This document shows positions 17,130 through 25,750 of a stretch of 32,985 nt of DNA, one piece after another. The stretch is from an uncultured Candidatus Pelagibacter sp. Lineage in GTDB: Bacteria; Pseudomonadota; Alphaproteobacteria; Pelagibacterales; Pelagibacteraceae. The translations under genes and the position numbers were made by a program. Under the pieces are notes generated by a model. The model saw nothing but the letters and a program-made list of their open reading frames with translations. It ran no database searches and had not been told where the DNA came from. The DNA is taken from contig CAZABF010000001.1 in assembly GCA_964483495.1 (NCBI GenBank), forward strand, positions 1 through 32,985, read 5' to 3'. Positions within the stretch are counted from its first letter, which is position 1. Each line of letters starts with the position of its first letter.

Positions 17130-18806
17130 ATGAATAATAATTCAAAAGTTTTAGCATTAAAATATCGTCCAAAAACATTTAAGGATTTAATTGGGCAAGA
17201 AGTGATTGCAGAAGCTATTTATAACTCAATTATAAATGACAGATCAGCCAACGCTTATTTATTTACTGGCATAAGAGGAGTTGGAAAAACAACAATTGCA
17301 AGGATTGTTGCAAAGTCACTAAACTGTTTAAAAGGAATTAATCAATTGTGCACTAAAGATCTTTGTGAAAATTGTAAAGCCATTAGTAATTCAAATCATA
17401 TTGATGTTTTAGAAATGGATGCTGCAAGCAAAACAGGTGTTGACGATGTGAGAGACTTAATTGAATTTTCTAGGTATGGACCCGCCACCGCAAAATATAA
17501 GATATTTATAATTGATGAAGTTCATATGTTAAGCAAGCAAGCTTTTAATGCACTTTTAAAAACACTTGAAGAACCCCCAGAATATTTAAAATTCATTTTT
17601 GCAACAACTGAGATAAAAAAAATTCCAGTCACGGTAGTTTCAAGATGCCAAAGATTTGACTTGGCAAGAGTAAATTCTTCTAATTTATTTAATTTTATTA
17701 AAGAAGTAAAAGATAAAGAAAAAGGAAAAATAAAAGATGAGGCTCTGAAGTTGATTGTAAAAATATCCGAAGGATCAGTAAGAGATGCTCTTTCACTTTT
17801 AGATAGAGCTTTATTGAGCCAAAATGAAAAATCTGAGATTGACCTAAAAGCTGCTCAAAAGATATTTGGATTTTTTGATAAAAGCTATCTTATAAATTTA
17901 TTTAAATTTTTGTTTAAAGGGGACGAAAAGGAAGTAATAAAGATTTATAGATCAATATATAATCAAGGAGTTGAACCCAAAGTATTTTTAAATGATTTCT
18001 TGGAAATATTGTACTACATTAAAAATATTTCATCTATAAAGTTAGATGGAAACAATTTTTCTCTTAATGATGAAGAATTTATAGAAATAGAATTAATTTC
18101 AAAAGAAATAAGCCAAGAAACTTTATTATTATTTTGGCAATTTACAATTAAAACTTTGAGTGAACTAGATGTAGTTTCAAATCAAAATTTGTCTATGGAA
18201 ATGTTTTTAATAAGATTGCTATATCTTAAAGAAGACAGAACTGTTGGTGGTCGAGTCAAAGTAGATTCTAATAATGAAAAATATTCAAATAATAATATAG
18301 GCAAAACTGAACAATTTAATTTAAACAAGAACGAAGAAAGTTTAGAAATTAAAAATAAAACTATAAGTCAAATTAAAAACTTCTCACAGGAAGAAAGCTC
18401 TAAACCTGAAAAAAAAATTGAATCAAGATTAATAAATATTGAAATAAAAAATTTTGAAGAATTAATTTTATTGTGCAACGAAAAAAAAGAATTAAAATTA
18501 AAATATGAGCTTGAAACAAATGTTAGCCTAGTAAGCTTTATTGATCAAAGAATTGAAATTTCATTTAATGAAAATTTAGATAAAGATTTTGTAAAGGAAT
18601 TAACTTTTAAATTACATAAATGGACTGGACAAAGATGGATCATTGCCTTTTCAAAGAAAATTGGACAATTATCAAAAAAACAAAAAACAGAAATTGAAAA
18701 ATCAAAAATTATTGAAGATGCAAAAAGTGAAGATGTTTACAAAAAAGTATTGGAGTCATTTCCTGATGCTGAACTAGTTGATGTAAAATTGAAAGATAAT
18801 AAATAA
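17130..18806 (+). CDS. dnaX: DNA polymerase III subunit gamma/tau
   Basis: LALKYRP, GIRGVGKTT, EMDAAS, IIDEVHML, AFNALLKTLEEPP, SRCQ, GSVRDALSLLD. Confidence 0.97.
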   Translation: MNNNSKVLALKYRPKTFKDLIGQEVIAEAIYNSIINDRSANAYLFTGIRGVGKTTIARIVAKSLNCLKGINQLCTKDLCENCKAISNSNHIDVLEMDAASKTGVDDVRDLIEFSRYGPATAKYKIFIIDEVHMLSKQAFNALLKTLEEPPEYLKFIFATTEIKKIPVTVVSRCQRFDLARVNSSNLFNFIKEVKDKEKGKIKDEALKLIVKISEGSVRDALSLLDRALLSQNEKSEIDLKAAQKIFGFFDKSYLINLFKFLFKGDEKEVIKIYRSIYNQGVEPKVFLNDFLEILYYIKNISSIKLDGNNFSLNDEEFIEIELISKEISQETLLLFWQFTIKTLSELDVVSNQNLSMEMFLIRLLYLKEDRTVGGRVKVDSNNEKYSNNNIGKTEQFNLNKNEESLEIKNKTISQIKNFSQEESSKPEKKIESRLINIEIKNFEELILLCNEKKELKLKYELETNVSLVSFIDQRIEISFNENLDKDFVKELTFKLHKWTGQRWIIAFSKKIGQLSKKQKTEIEKSKIIEDAKSEDVYKKVLESFPDAELVDVKLKDNK

Positions 18807-19123
18807 TGACTGACTTTAGTAAAATTTTAGATAAAGCGAAGGAACTTGAAAACAAGATGAAAGAAAGTCAAGAAAAAATAAAGAATATAAGTGTAACCGG
18901 TACATCCGGAGGAGATTCTGTAAAAATAACTCTTAATGGTGAAGGTGAGATGATAAATCTAGACATATCTTCTGATATTTTAAAAGAGGATAAAACAATA
19001 ATTGAAGATTTAATAAAAGCTGCTCACAATAATGCTAAATCTCAATTAAAATCCAAGACATCCGAAGAAATCTCTAAAGCGACTGGTGGATTTGGTATAC
19101 CAGGTTTTAAGTGGCCTTTATAA
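18806..19123 (+). CDS. ybaB: YbaB/EbfC family nucleoid-associated protein
   Basis: VTGTSGGDSVKITLNG, IEDLIKAAHN; lies between dnaX and recR. Confidence 0.93.
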   Translation: MTDFSKILDKAKELENKMKESQEKIKNISVTGTSGGDSVKITLNGEGEMINLDISSDILKEDKTIIEDLIKAAHNNAKSQLKSKTSEEISKATGGFGIPGFKWPL

Positions 19124-19128
19124 TTTAA

Positions 19129-19734
19129 ATGCAAAATATAACTGAAATTGATGAATTAATTAAGCTAATATCTAAACTTCCTGGTTTGGGACCAAAATCG
19201 GCAAAGAGAATAGTTTTAAAATTAATTAACAACAGGGAAGAATTAATTAAACCCATAGCAAAGATTCTGGCAGAAGTTTATAAAAATATATTTAGATGTA
19301 AAATTTGTGGATCTTTAAAATCTAACTCAAACGGATGTAATAATTGTGAAAATAACAAATATAAGTTTAATAAAATTTGCGTTGTAGAAAATATAGCTGA
19401 TCAATGGAGCGTAGAAACTTCTAGCGTATATCAAGGTTATTTCCATATTCTTGGAGGAACAATTTCATCTTCTAACAATCAAAAAAAAGAAGATTTGCTA
19501 ATCAATTCTTTAGTTGAAAGAGTTAAAAAAGACGATATAGAAGAAGTAATTTTAGCTACGAGCGCAACAGTAGAAGGTCAGACAACTGCATTTTATATTC
19601 AGGATAGCTTAAAAAATACTAATGTAAAAATTTCAAAACTTGCACAAGGACTACCAATTGGGGGAGAGATAGAAAATTTAGATGATGGTACCTTAATATC
19701 AGCGTTTAAAAATAGGCAAAGTTTTAAAAAGTAA
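19129..19734 (+). CDS. recR: Recombination mediator RecR
   Basis: LPGLGPKSAKR HhH, C4 zinc finger, EVILATSATVEGQTTA, AQGLPIGGEIENLD. Confidence 0.97.
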   Translation: MQNITEIDELIKLISKLPGLGPKSAKRIVLKLINNREELIKPIAKILAEVYKNIFRCKICGSLKSNSNGCNNCENNKYKFNKICVVENIADQWSVETSSVYQGYFHILGGTISSSNNQKKEDLLINSLVERVKKDDIEEVILATSATVEGQTTAFYIQDSLKNTNVKISKLAQGLPIGGEIENLDDGTLISAFKNRQSFKK

Positions 19735-19741
19735 CAAAAAA

Positions 19742-21934
19742 TTAATTTTTTTTGAGCAATCTGTTAAGATGAAGAATTGGTTCAGTATAACCTGAGGGTT
19801 GATTTTTTCCATGAAATACAAGTTCACAAGCAGCTTTAAAAGCAATTGAAGTTTCAAAATTTGTAGACATTTTTGTATAGCCAGATCGACCAGAACGAAA
19901 ATAAGCAGGATCATTAATGTTTTGATTATCAACAACTCTCGCCATTTTTTTCATAATTTCTAAAACTTGTTTTCTACTACAGATTCCATGATATAGCCAA
20001 TTAGCAATATGTTGTGAAGATATTCTAAGTGTTGCTCTGTCCTCCATTAACCCAATGTTGTTTATGTCTGGCACCTTAGAACATCCTACAGACTGATCAA
20101 TCCAACGCACTACATAGCCCAAAATACTTTGTGCAGAATTTGAAATTTCTCTACTGATTTCTTCTACAGACCAGTTAATTCTATCTGCAATTGGAATAGT
20201 TAAAAGTTCAGAGATTTTAGTTGTTTTCCTATTTAATAATTTTTTTTGTTTAGAAAAAACATCAACTTCATGGTAATGAAGCGCATGTAATGCTGCTGCT
20301 GTTGGACTTGGCACCCAAGCACAATTAGCTCCTGACAAAGGATGAGCAATTTTTTGTTTCATCATATTTAACATCAAATCTGGCATTGCCCACATTCCTT
20401 TGCCTATTTGTGCTTTACCTGAAAATCCACAAGAAAGACCAATATCTACGTTACTATTTTCGTAAGCAATGATCCATTTTGATGATTTCATATCTCCTTT
20501 TTTAATCATAGGACCAGCTTCCATGGATGTGTGTATTTCATCTCCGGTTCTATCAAGGAAACCTGTATTTATAAAAAAAACTCTATTTTTTAATGATCTA
20601 ATGCATTCTTTTAAATTTGCAGATGTTCTTCTTTCTTCATCCATTATTCCACATTTAATGGTAAATTCTTTTAAATTTAATGATTTTTCAACTTTCGCAA
20701 AAATTAAATTTGTGAAGGCCGCTTCCTCTGGTCCGTGCATTTTGGGCTTAACAATATAAATTGAATTAGTTCTAGAATTTTCTTTTCTTTTAAAATCATG
20801 AAGACAAGCAGCAGAAGTTATAAAAGCGTCAAGAATACCTTCTGGGCATTCTGACCCATCTTTTAAAAGAATAGCAGGATTAGTCATTAGGTGTCCAACA
20901 TTTCTATTTAACAATAATGCTCTACCATGTAATTTAAATTTTTTACCAGTTGGAGATATATAATTTCGATCTGAATTTAATTTTCGAAAATGTTTTTTTC
21001 CGTTTTTTTCAAATTCAACGCTTAAGTTGCCCTTCATTAAATCTAACCAATTTTTGTATCCAAGAATTTTATCTTCCGCATCTACTGCTGTTACGCTATC
21101 TTCATGATCACAGATAGCCGATATAGCAGACTCTAAAAAAATGTCATGTATTGCTGCTTTATCTTGATTACCGTCTGGATTATTAACTTCAAGAGTCTCG
21201 TCGAAATCAAACGCAATATCTATATGAAGATTATTATTTGCCAATAAGAGAGAAGACAAGTTGTTAGATTTCTTAACGTAGCCTATAAATTGTTTTGGAT
21301 TTTTTAGTTTTAGGTTTAATTTATTGTTATTAATTTTAGGAATTTCAGATATATCTTTCCAGCTTTTTTCTTTTAAAGGAAAATATTTATCCAAAAAATT
21401 TCGAGCATACTCTATTACTTTTTCTCCTCTGATAGGATTATAAGTTTTTCCACGAACAGCTCCTTTTGTTTCAGAAATTATGTCAGTACCATACAATGAG
21501 TCATAGAGACTAACCCATCTTGCATTGCTTGCATTAAGAACATATCTTGCGTTTGAAATTGGCACGACTAGTTGAGGACCACAAATACTTGTTATTTCTT
21601 CATCAATATTTTTAGTTTTAATTTTGAAATTTTTTCCTATTTTTTTTAAATATCCAATTTTTTTTAAAAATTTTGTATATTTTTTTAAATTAAATTGTTC
21701 TCCTTTATTATTTTTATGCCACACATCAATTGCTTTTTGTAATTTTTCTCTTATTTCTAAAAGCTTTTTATTTTTGTCTGAAAGTTCGTGAACACATTTA
21801 TCAAACTCACTCCAAAACTTTTCTTTAGTGATTTTTGTTCCGGGTAACAATTCAGAATTTACAAAAGTTACCAGCTTTTCTGAAATAGAAAGATTTTTAA
21901 TTTTTATGTATTTTTCTCTCATTTGAACTAACAT
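19742..21934 (-). CDS. glcB: Malate synthase G
   Basis: GPQLVVP, NARWVSLYDSLYGTD, RNVGHLM, KPKMHGP, MDEERRTS, INTGFLDRTGDE, WVPSPTAA, MEDRATLRISSQH. Alternative start at ATG 21922. Confidence 0.97.
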   Translation of the reverse strand: MLVQMREKYIKIKNLSISEKLVTFVNSELLPGTKITKEKFWSEFDKCVHELSDKNKKLLEIREKLQKAIDVWHKNNKGEQFNLKKYTKFLKKIGYLKKIGKNFKIKTKNIDEEITSICGPQLVVPISNARYVLNASNARWVSLYDSLYGTDIISETKGAVRGKTYNPIRGEKVIEYARNFLDKYFPLKEKSWKDISEIPKINNNKLNLKLKNPKQFIGYVKKSNNLSSLLLANNNLHIDIAFDFDETLEVNNPDGNQDKAAIHDIFLESAISAICDHEDSVTAVDAEDKILGYKNWLDLMKGNLSVEFEKNGKKHFRKLNSDRNYISPTGKKFKLHGRALLLNRNVGHLMTNPAILLKDGSECPEGILDAFITSAACLHDFKRKENSRTNSIYIVKPKMHGPEEAAFTNLIFAKVEKSLNLKEFTIKCGIMDEERRTSANLKECIRSLKNRVFFINTGFLDRTGDEIHTSMEAGPMIKKGDMKSSKWIIAYENSNVDIGLSCGFSGKAQIGKGMWAMPDLMLNMMKQKIAHPLSGANCAWVPSPTAAALHALHYHEVDVFSKQKKLLNRKTTKISELLTIPIADRINWSVEEISREISNSAQSILGYVVRWIDQSVGCSKVPDINNIGLMEDRATLRISSQHIANWLYHGICSRKQVLEIMKKMARVVDNQNINDPAYFRSGRSGYTKMSTNFETSIAFKAACELVFHGKNQPSGYTEPILHLNRLLKKN

Positions 21935-21955
21935 ATAAGGTATATTTTTCTGAAT

Positions 21956-21985
21956 AATATAACTTTTTGGTCACAAAACAGTCAA
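21956..21985 (-). promoter_or_regulatory. Candidate sigma70 promoter for glcB
   Basis: On the minus strand, TTGACT (21985-21980), 18 bp spacer, TATATT (21961-21956). Confidence 0.5.
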
Positions 21986-22058
21986 TTTATTATTAATAAT
22001 TTTAAAATAATTAACATTTTCTTGCCTCCTTTTGCATTATAAACAATATAAGAAAAAT

Positions 22059-23165
22059 ATGAAAAATTATTTAAATTTTGAATCTGAAATTAAAAATTTA
22101 GAAGTAGAGCTCGACAAACTTAAAGATCCTTATAATCAAGAAGGTTTATCAGAAGTTGATACTCAAAATATTTCCAAACTACAAAATGAAATAGATACAA
22201 GACTGAAAAATATTTATTCAAACTTAGATCCTTGGCAAACAACTCTTGTTGCTAGACATGAAGACAGACCCAAAGCAAAGCATTTTATAGATAATCTTTT
22301 TGAAGATTTTATTTCTCTTTCTGGCGATAGATTTTATGGTGAAGATCAATCAGTAATATGTGGATTTGCAAAATTTGAAAACAAATCAGTTTTGGTAATT
22401 GGACAAGAAAAAGGAGAGAATCTTGAAACAAGAATTGAAAGAAATTTTGGAATGATGAGGCCAGAAGGCTATAGAAAAACAATAAGACTAATGAAGCTAG
22501 CAAATAAATTTAAAATTCCAGTAATATCTTTTGTAGATACTCCAGGAGCATACCCGGGTGTTGGAGCCGAAGAAAGAGGCCAAGCAGAAGCAATTGCTAG
22601 ATCAATAGAATGTTGTATGGAATTAACTGTACCAACAATATCAATAATTATTGGAGAAGGTGGATCGGGAGGAGCAATAGCTTTGGCTTCTTCTAATAAA
22701 GTTTTAATGTTAGAAAATGCAATTTATTCAGTAATATCACCAGAGGGATGTGCCACAATATTATGGAGAGATCCAAAAAAAACATTAGAAGCCTCTAAAG
22801 CAATGAAATTATCTTCTAAAGATCTTTTTGATTTAAAAATAATTGATGAAATTATTTCAGAACCTTTAGGTGGAGCCCATAGAGATAAAGATTTAATTTT
22901 AGATAATGTTAGAAATTCGATTAGGAAAAATTTAGATTTTTTTTCAAACATGAACAAAGAAGAGATTTTATTACAAAGAAAAAATAAATTTTTGTCTATA
23001 GGCAGAAATGAAGGTTTTGCACCTAGTTCAAAATTATCAGATAACTTGCTCATGAAAACTAATATTATTGATAAATTTGTTAACAAGTTTTCTTTTTTGA
23101 AAAAATATTTAATTTATTTTTTATTTTTAGCAATATTAGTTACTATTTTTTTTGCCGCATCATAG
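22059..23165 (+). CDS. accA: Acetyl-CoA carboxylase carboxyltransferase alpha subunit, with hydrophobic C-terminal extension
   Basis: YLNFE, ARHEDRP, NFGMMRPEGYRK, DTPGAYPG, AEERGQ, GEGGSGGA, YSVISPEGCA, EPLGGAHRD. Start placed at ATG 22059. Confidence 0.96.
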   Translation: MKNYLNFESEIKNLEVELDKLKDPYNQEGLSEVDTQNISKLQNEIDTRLKNIYSNLDPWQTTLVARHEDRPKAKHFIDNLFEDFISLSGDRFYGEDQSVICGFAKFENKSVLVIGQEKGENLETRIERNFGMMRPEGYRKTIRLMKLANKFKIPVISFVDTPGAYPGVGAEERGQAEAIARSIECCMELTVPTISIIIGEGGSGGAIALASSNKVLMLENAIYSVISPEGCATILWRDPKKTLEASKAMKLSSKDLFDLKIIDEIISEPLGGAHRDKDLILDNVRNSIRKNLDFFSNMNKEEILLQRKNKFLSIGRNEGFAPSSKLSDNLLMKTNIIDKFVNKFSFLKKYLIYFLFLAILVTIFFAAS

Positions 23166-25679
23166 AGAGCCATGGCAGTGCTTGTATTTTTTTCCTGAAT
23201 TACAAGGACACGGCTCATTTCTTCCAATTTTTTTAAAAGAAACATCATTGATTGTATTATTTTCAATTGGCTCTTGTTTTTCTTGAACAACTTCAAGATT
23301 TAATAAGACAGTAACCAAATCAGATTTTAGTTTAAATAATAAGTTTTCAAATAATGAATAAGCTTCTTTTTTATATTCTACTAAAGGATCTCTTTGACCA
23401 TATGATCTTAGGCCCACAACTCCTCTCAATTGTTCCAAGTATTGAATATGGGATTTCCAATTTTGATCAATAAGTTGTAACAAAATTCTTTTTTCTAATT
23501 CTAAAGTTTGATCTTTGCCTAATATTTTTTCTCTTTCCGATCTTTTTTTAAAAAATTTTTCTTTAATTTCATTTTCAAAATTTTCTTCGTTTAAATCTAG
23601 AATTGAACCAATTTTATTATCGTTAAACGATTTTCCTAAAATCGATTTTATTTGAATTGAGCTTTCGTTATTTTTATCTTTTGTTAAGTTTAATTTTTTT
23701 AATTCTTTTAATTTAATTATAATTTCATTTAGAAATTCATCTGAATAATCAAATGAATTTTTACTAACAATTATATTGTTTCTTTGACTAAATATCACTT
23801 TTCTTTGATCGTTAAGCACGTTATCAAATTTTAACAAAGTTTTTCTAATATCAAAATTTCTTGCCTCAACTTTTTGTTGCGCTCTTTCCAGCGCTTTATT
23901 AATCCAAGGATGATCAATACTTTCACCGTCTTTTAATCCAAGTTTTTCAAGTATGCTGTTCATGGACTCAGAACCAAAAATTCTCATCAAATCATCTTGA
24001 AGACTTACATAGAAAATTGAGTTTCCTTCGTCTCCCTGCCTTCCAGAACGTCCTCTTGCCTGATTATCAACTCTTCGACTTTCCATTCTTTCAGTTCCAA
24101 TTACATATAAACCACCCAAAGATTTAATTTCTTCCTTTTCATTATTATTTTTAGAGGATTTTCCTCCTAATTTTATATCCACACCTCTTCCTGAAATGCT
24201 AGTTGTAATTATTATTGAATTTTTCTTACCAGCATTTAAAATAATTTCTGCTTCCTTTTCATGATTTTTAGCATTTAACACGGTATGATTTATTTTTTCT
24301 TTATTTAGCAAATTAGAATAATGCTCAGATTTATTTATGTTTGCTGTAAAAACTAACAAAGGTTGTCCCATTTTATTACATTCAAGTATTTTTTTTATAA
24401 TTGCATCATCCTTTTCTTTTGAGGATCTAAAAATTTGGTCATTCCAATCTTTTCGTATCATTTTTTTATTTGTTGGAATTATAATTACTGGAAGTTTATA
24501 AATTTCAAAAAATTCTTCAGATTCAGTTGCTGCTGTTCCCGTACAACCTGCAAGTTTAGAGTAAAGCTTAAAATAATTTTGATAAGTTATTGATGCAAGT
24601 GTTTGATTTTCGTTTTGTATCTCAACTCTTTCTTTTGCCTCTATACTTTGGTGAAGTCCGTCTCCAAATCTTCTTCCTGGTAATTGTCTTCCAGTTTGTT
24701 CATCTATTATGACAACCTGCCCATCTTTAACAATATAGTCTCTGCCATTTTCATACAAATAGTTTGCTCTTAGGGCTTGATTTACATGGTGAACCAAATG
24801 CAAATTGTCTGGATCATAAAAATTATTATTTTTTAGAATTCCTGCATTTGATAAAATTTTTTCTATATTATCTATTCCTTGATTAGTTAACAAAACATTT
24901 TTATCTTTTTCATCAATTTCAAAATCTTCTTTTTTTAAATTTTTGGTTAGTTTGTCTACAGCAAGATATTGATTTGTTTTGTCTTCTACTCCTCCTGAAA
25001 TAATTAAAGGCGTTCTAGCTTCGTCAATTAAACACGAGTCTATCTCATCTACAATTGCATAGTTGTGTCCTCTTTGAACCATAGATTCAAATGAAAATTT
25101 CATGTTATCTCTTAGATAGTCAAAACCTAATTCACTGTTTGTTGCATAAGTAATATCACAGTTATAATTTAATTTTCTTTCTTCATCAGTTTGATCATTA
25201 TTAATATAACCAGCTGTTAGACCTAAAAAATTATAAATTCTTTTCATATTTTCACAATCTCTTTTTGCTAGGTAGTCATTAACAGTAACTATGTGTACAC
25301 CTTTTTTTGATAGTGCATTTAAATATGCCGCTAAAACGATCGTTAAAGTTTTTCCTTCTCCAGTTTTCATTTCAGCAATTTTATTTTCGTGAAGGACAAT
25401 TCCTCCAATAATTTGAACATCAAAGTGTCGTTCATTAGTTGCTCTTTTTGATGCTTCCCTCACCAAAGCAAATGCCTCAGGCAGTATTTTGTCTAAAGAG
25501 ACTCCATTGCTAATTTGTTCTATTAATTCCTTGGTTTTTTGTGGAAAAGATTGATCATCCAACTTAATTATTTCTTCTTCTAAATCACTAATTTTTTTTG
25601 TAGTTTTTTTTAGTTTATCCAGTTCTTTTTGGTTACTAGATTTAATGATCTTTGATAAGAAATTTAGTGGATTGAGCAT
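23160..25679 (-). CDS. secA: Preprotein translocase ATPase SecA
   Basis: EMKTGEGKT, VTVNDYLA, GFDYLRDNM, DEIDS..IDEARTPLIISG, GRSGRQGD, C-terminal GRNEPCPCNSGKKYKHCHG (SEC-C). Confidence 0.98.
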   Translation of the reverse strand: MLNPLNFLSKIIKSSNQKELDKLKKTTKKISDLEEEIIKLDDQSFPQKTKELIEQISNGVSLDKILPEAFALVREASKRATNERHFDVQIIGGIVLHENKIAEMKTGEGKTLTIVLAAYLNALSKKGVHIVTVNDYLAKRDCENMKRIYNFLGLTAGYINNDQTDEERKLNYNCDITYATNSELGFDYLRDNMKFSFESMVQRGHNYAIVDEIDSCLIDEARTPLIISGGVEDKTNQYLAVDKLTKNLKKEDFEIDEKDKNVLLTNQGIDNIEKILSNAGILKNNNFYDPDNLHLVHHVNQALRANYLYENGRDYIVKDGQVVIIDEQTGRQLPGRRFGDGLHQSIEAKERVEIQNENQTLASITYQNYFKLYSKLAGCTGTAATESEEFFEIYKLPVIIIPTNKKMIRKDWNDQIFRSSKEKDDAIIKKILECNKMGQPLLVFTANINKSEHYSNLLNKEKINHTVLNAKNHEKEAEIILNAGKKNSIIITTSISGRGVDIKLGGKSSKNNNEKEEIKSLGGLYVIGTERMESRRVDNQARGRSGRQGDEGNSIFYVSLQDDLMRIFGSESMNSILEKLGLKDGESIDHPWINKALERAQQKVEARNFDIRKTLLKFDNVLNDQRKVIFSQRNNIIVSKNSFDYSDEFLNEIIIKLKELKKLNLTKDKNNESSIQIKSILGKSFNDNKIGSILDLNEENFENEIKEKFFKKRSEREKILGKDQTLELEKRILLQLIDQNWKSHIQYLEQLRGVVGLRSYGQRDPLVEYKKEAYSLFENLLFKLKSDLVTVLLNLEVVQEKQEPIENNTINDVSFKKIGRNEPCPCNSGKKYKHCHGSL

Positions 25680-25750
25680 TTAATAAATATATTGTTTTAT
25701 AATTTAAATATAGAGTTTAATATAGTAACTAAATTAAATTTTTAAATAGC

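Noticed and set aside
15308-25750. CtrA boxes (TTAA-N7-TTAA) in the cycM-kdsB, glcB-accA and secA-argJ intergenic regions
   Set aside because: TTAA is frequent, but the spacings I counted were 4, 5, 8, 9 or more, never 7, which is expected in AT-rich DNA.
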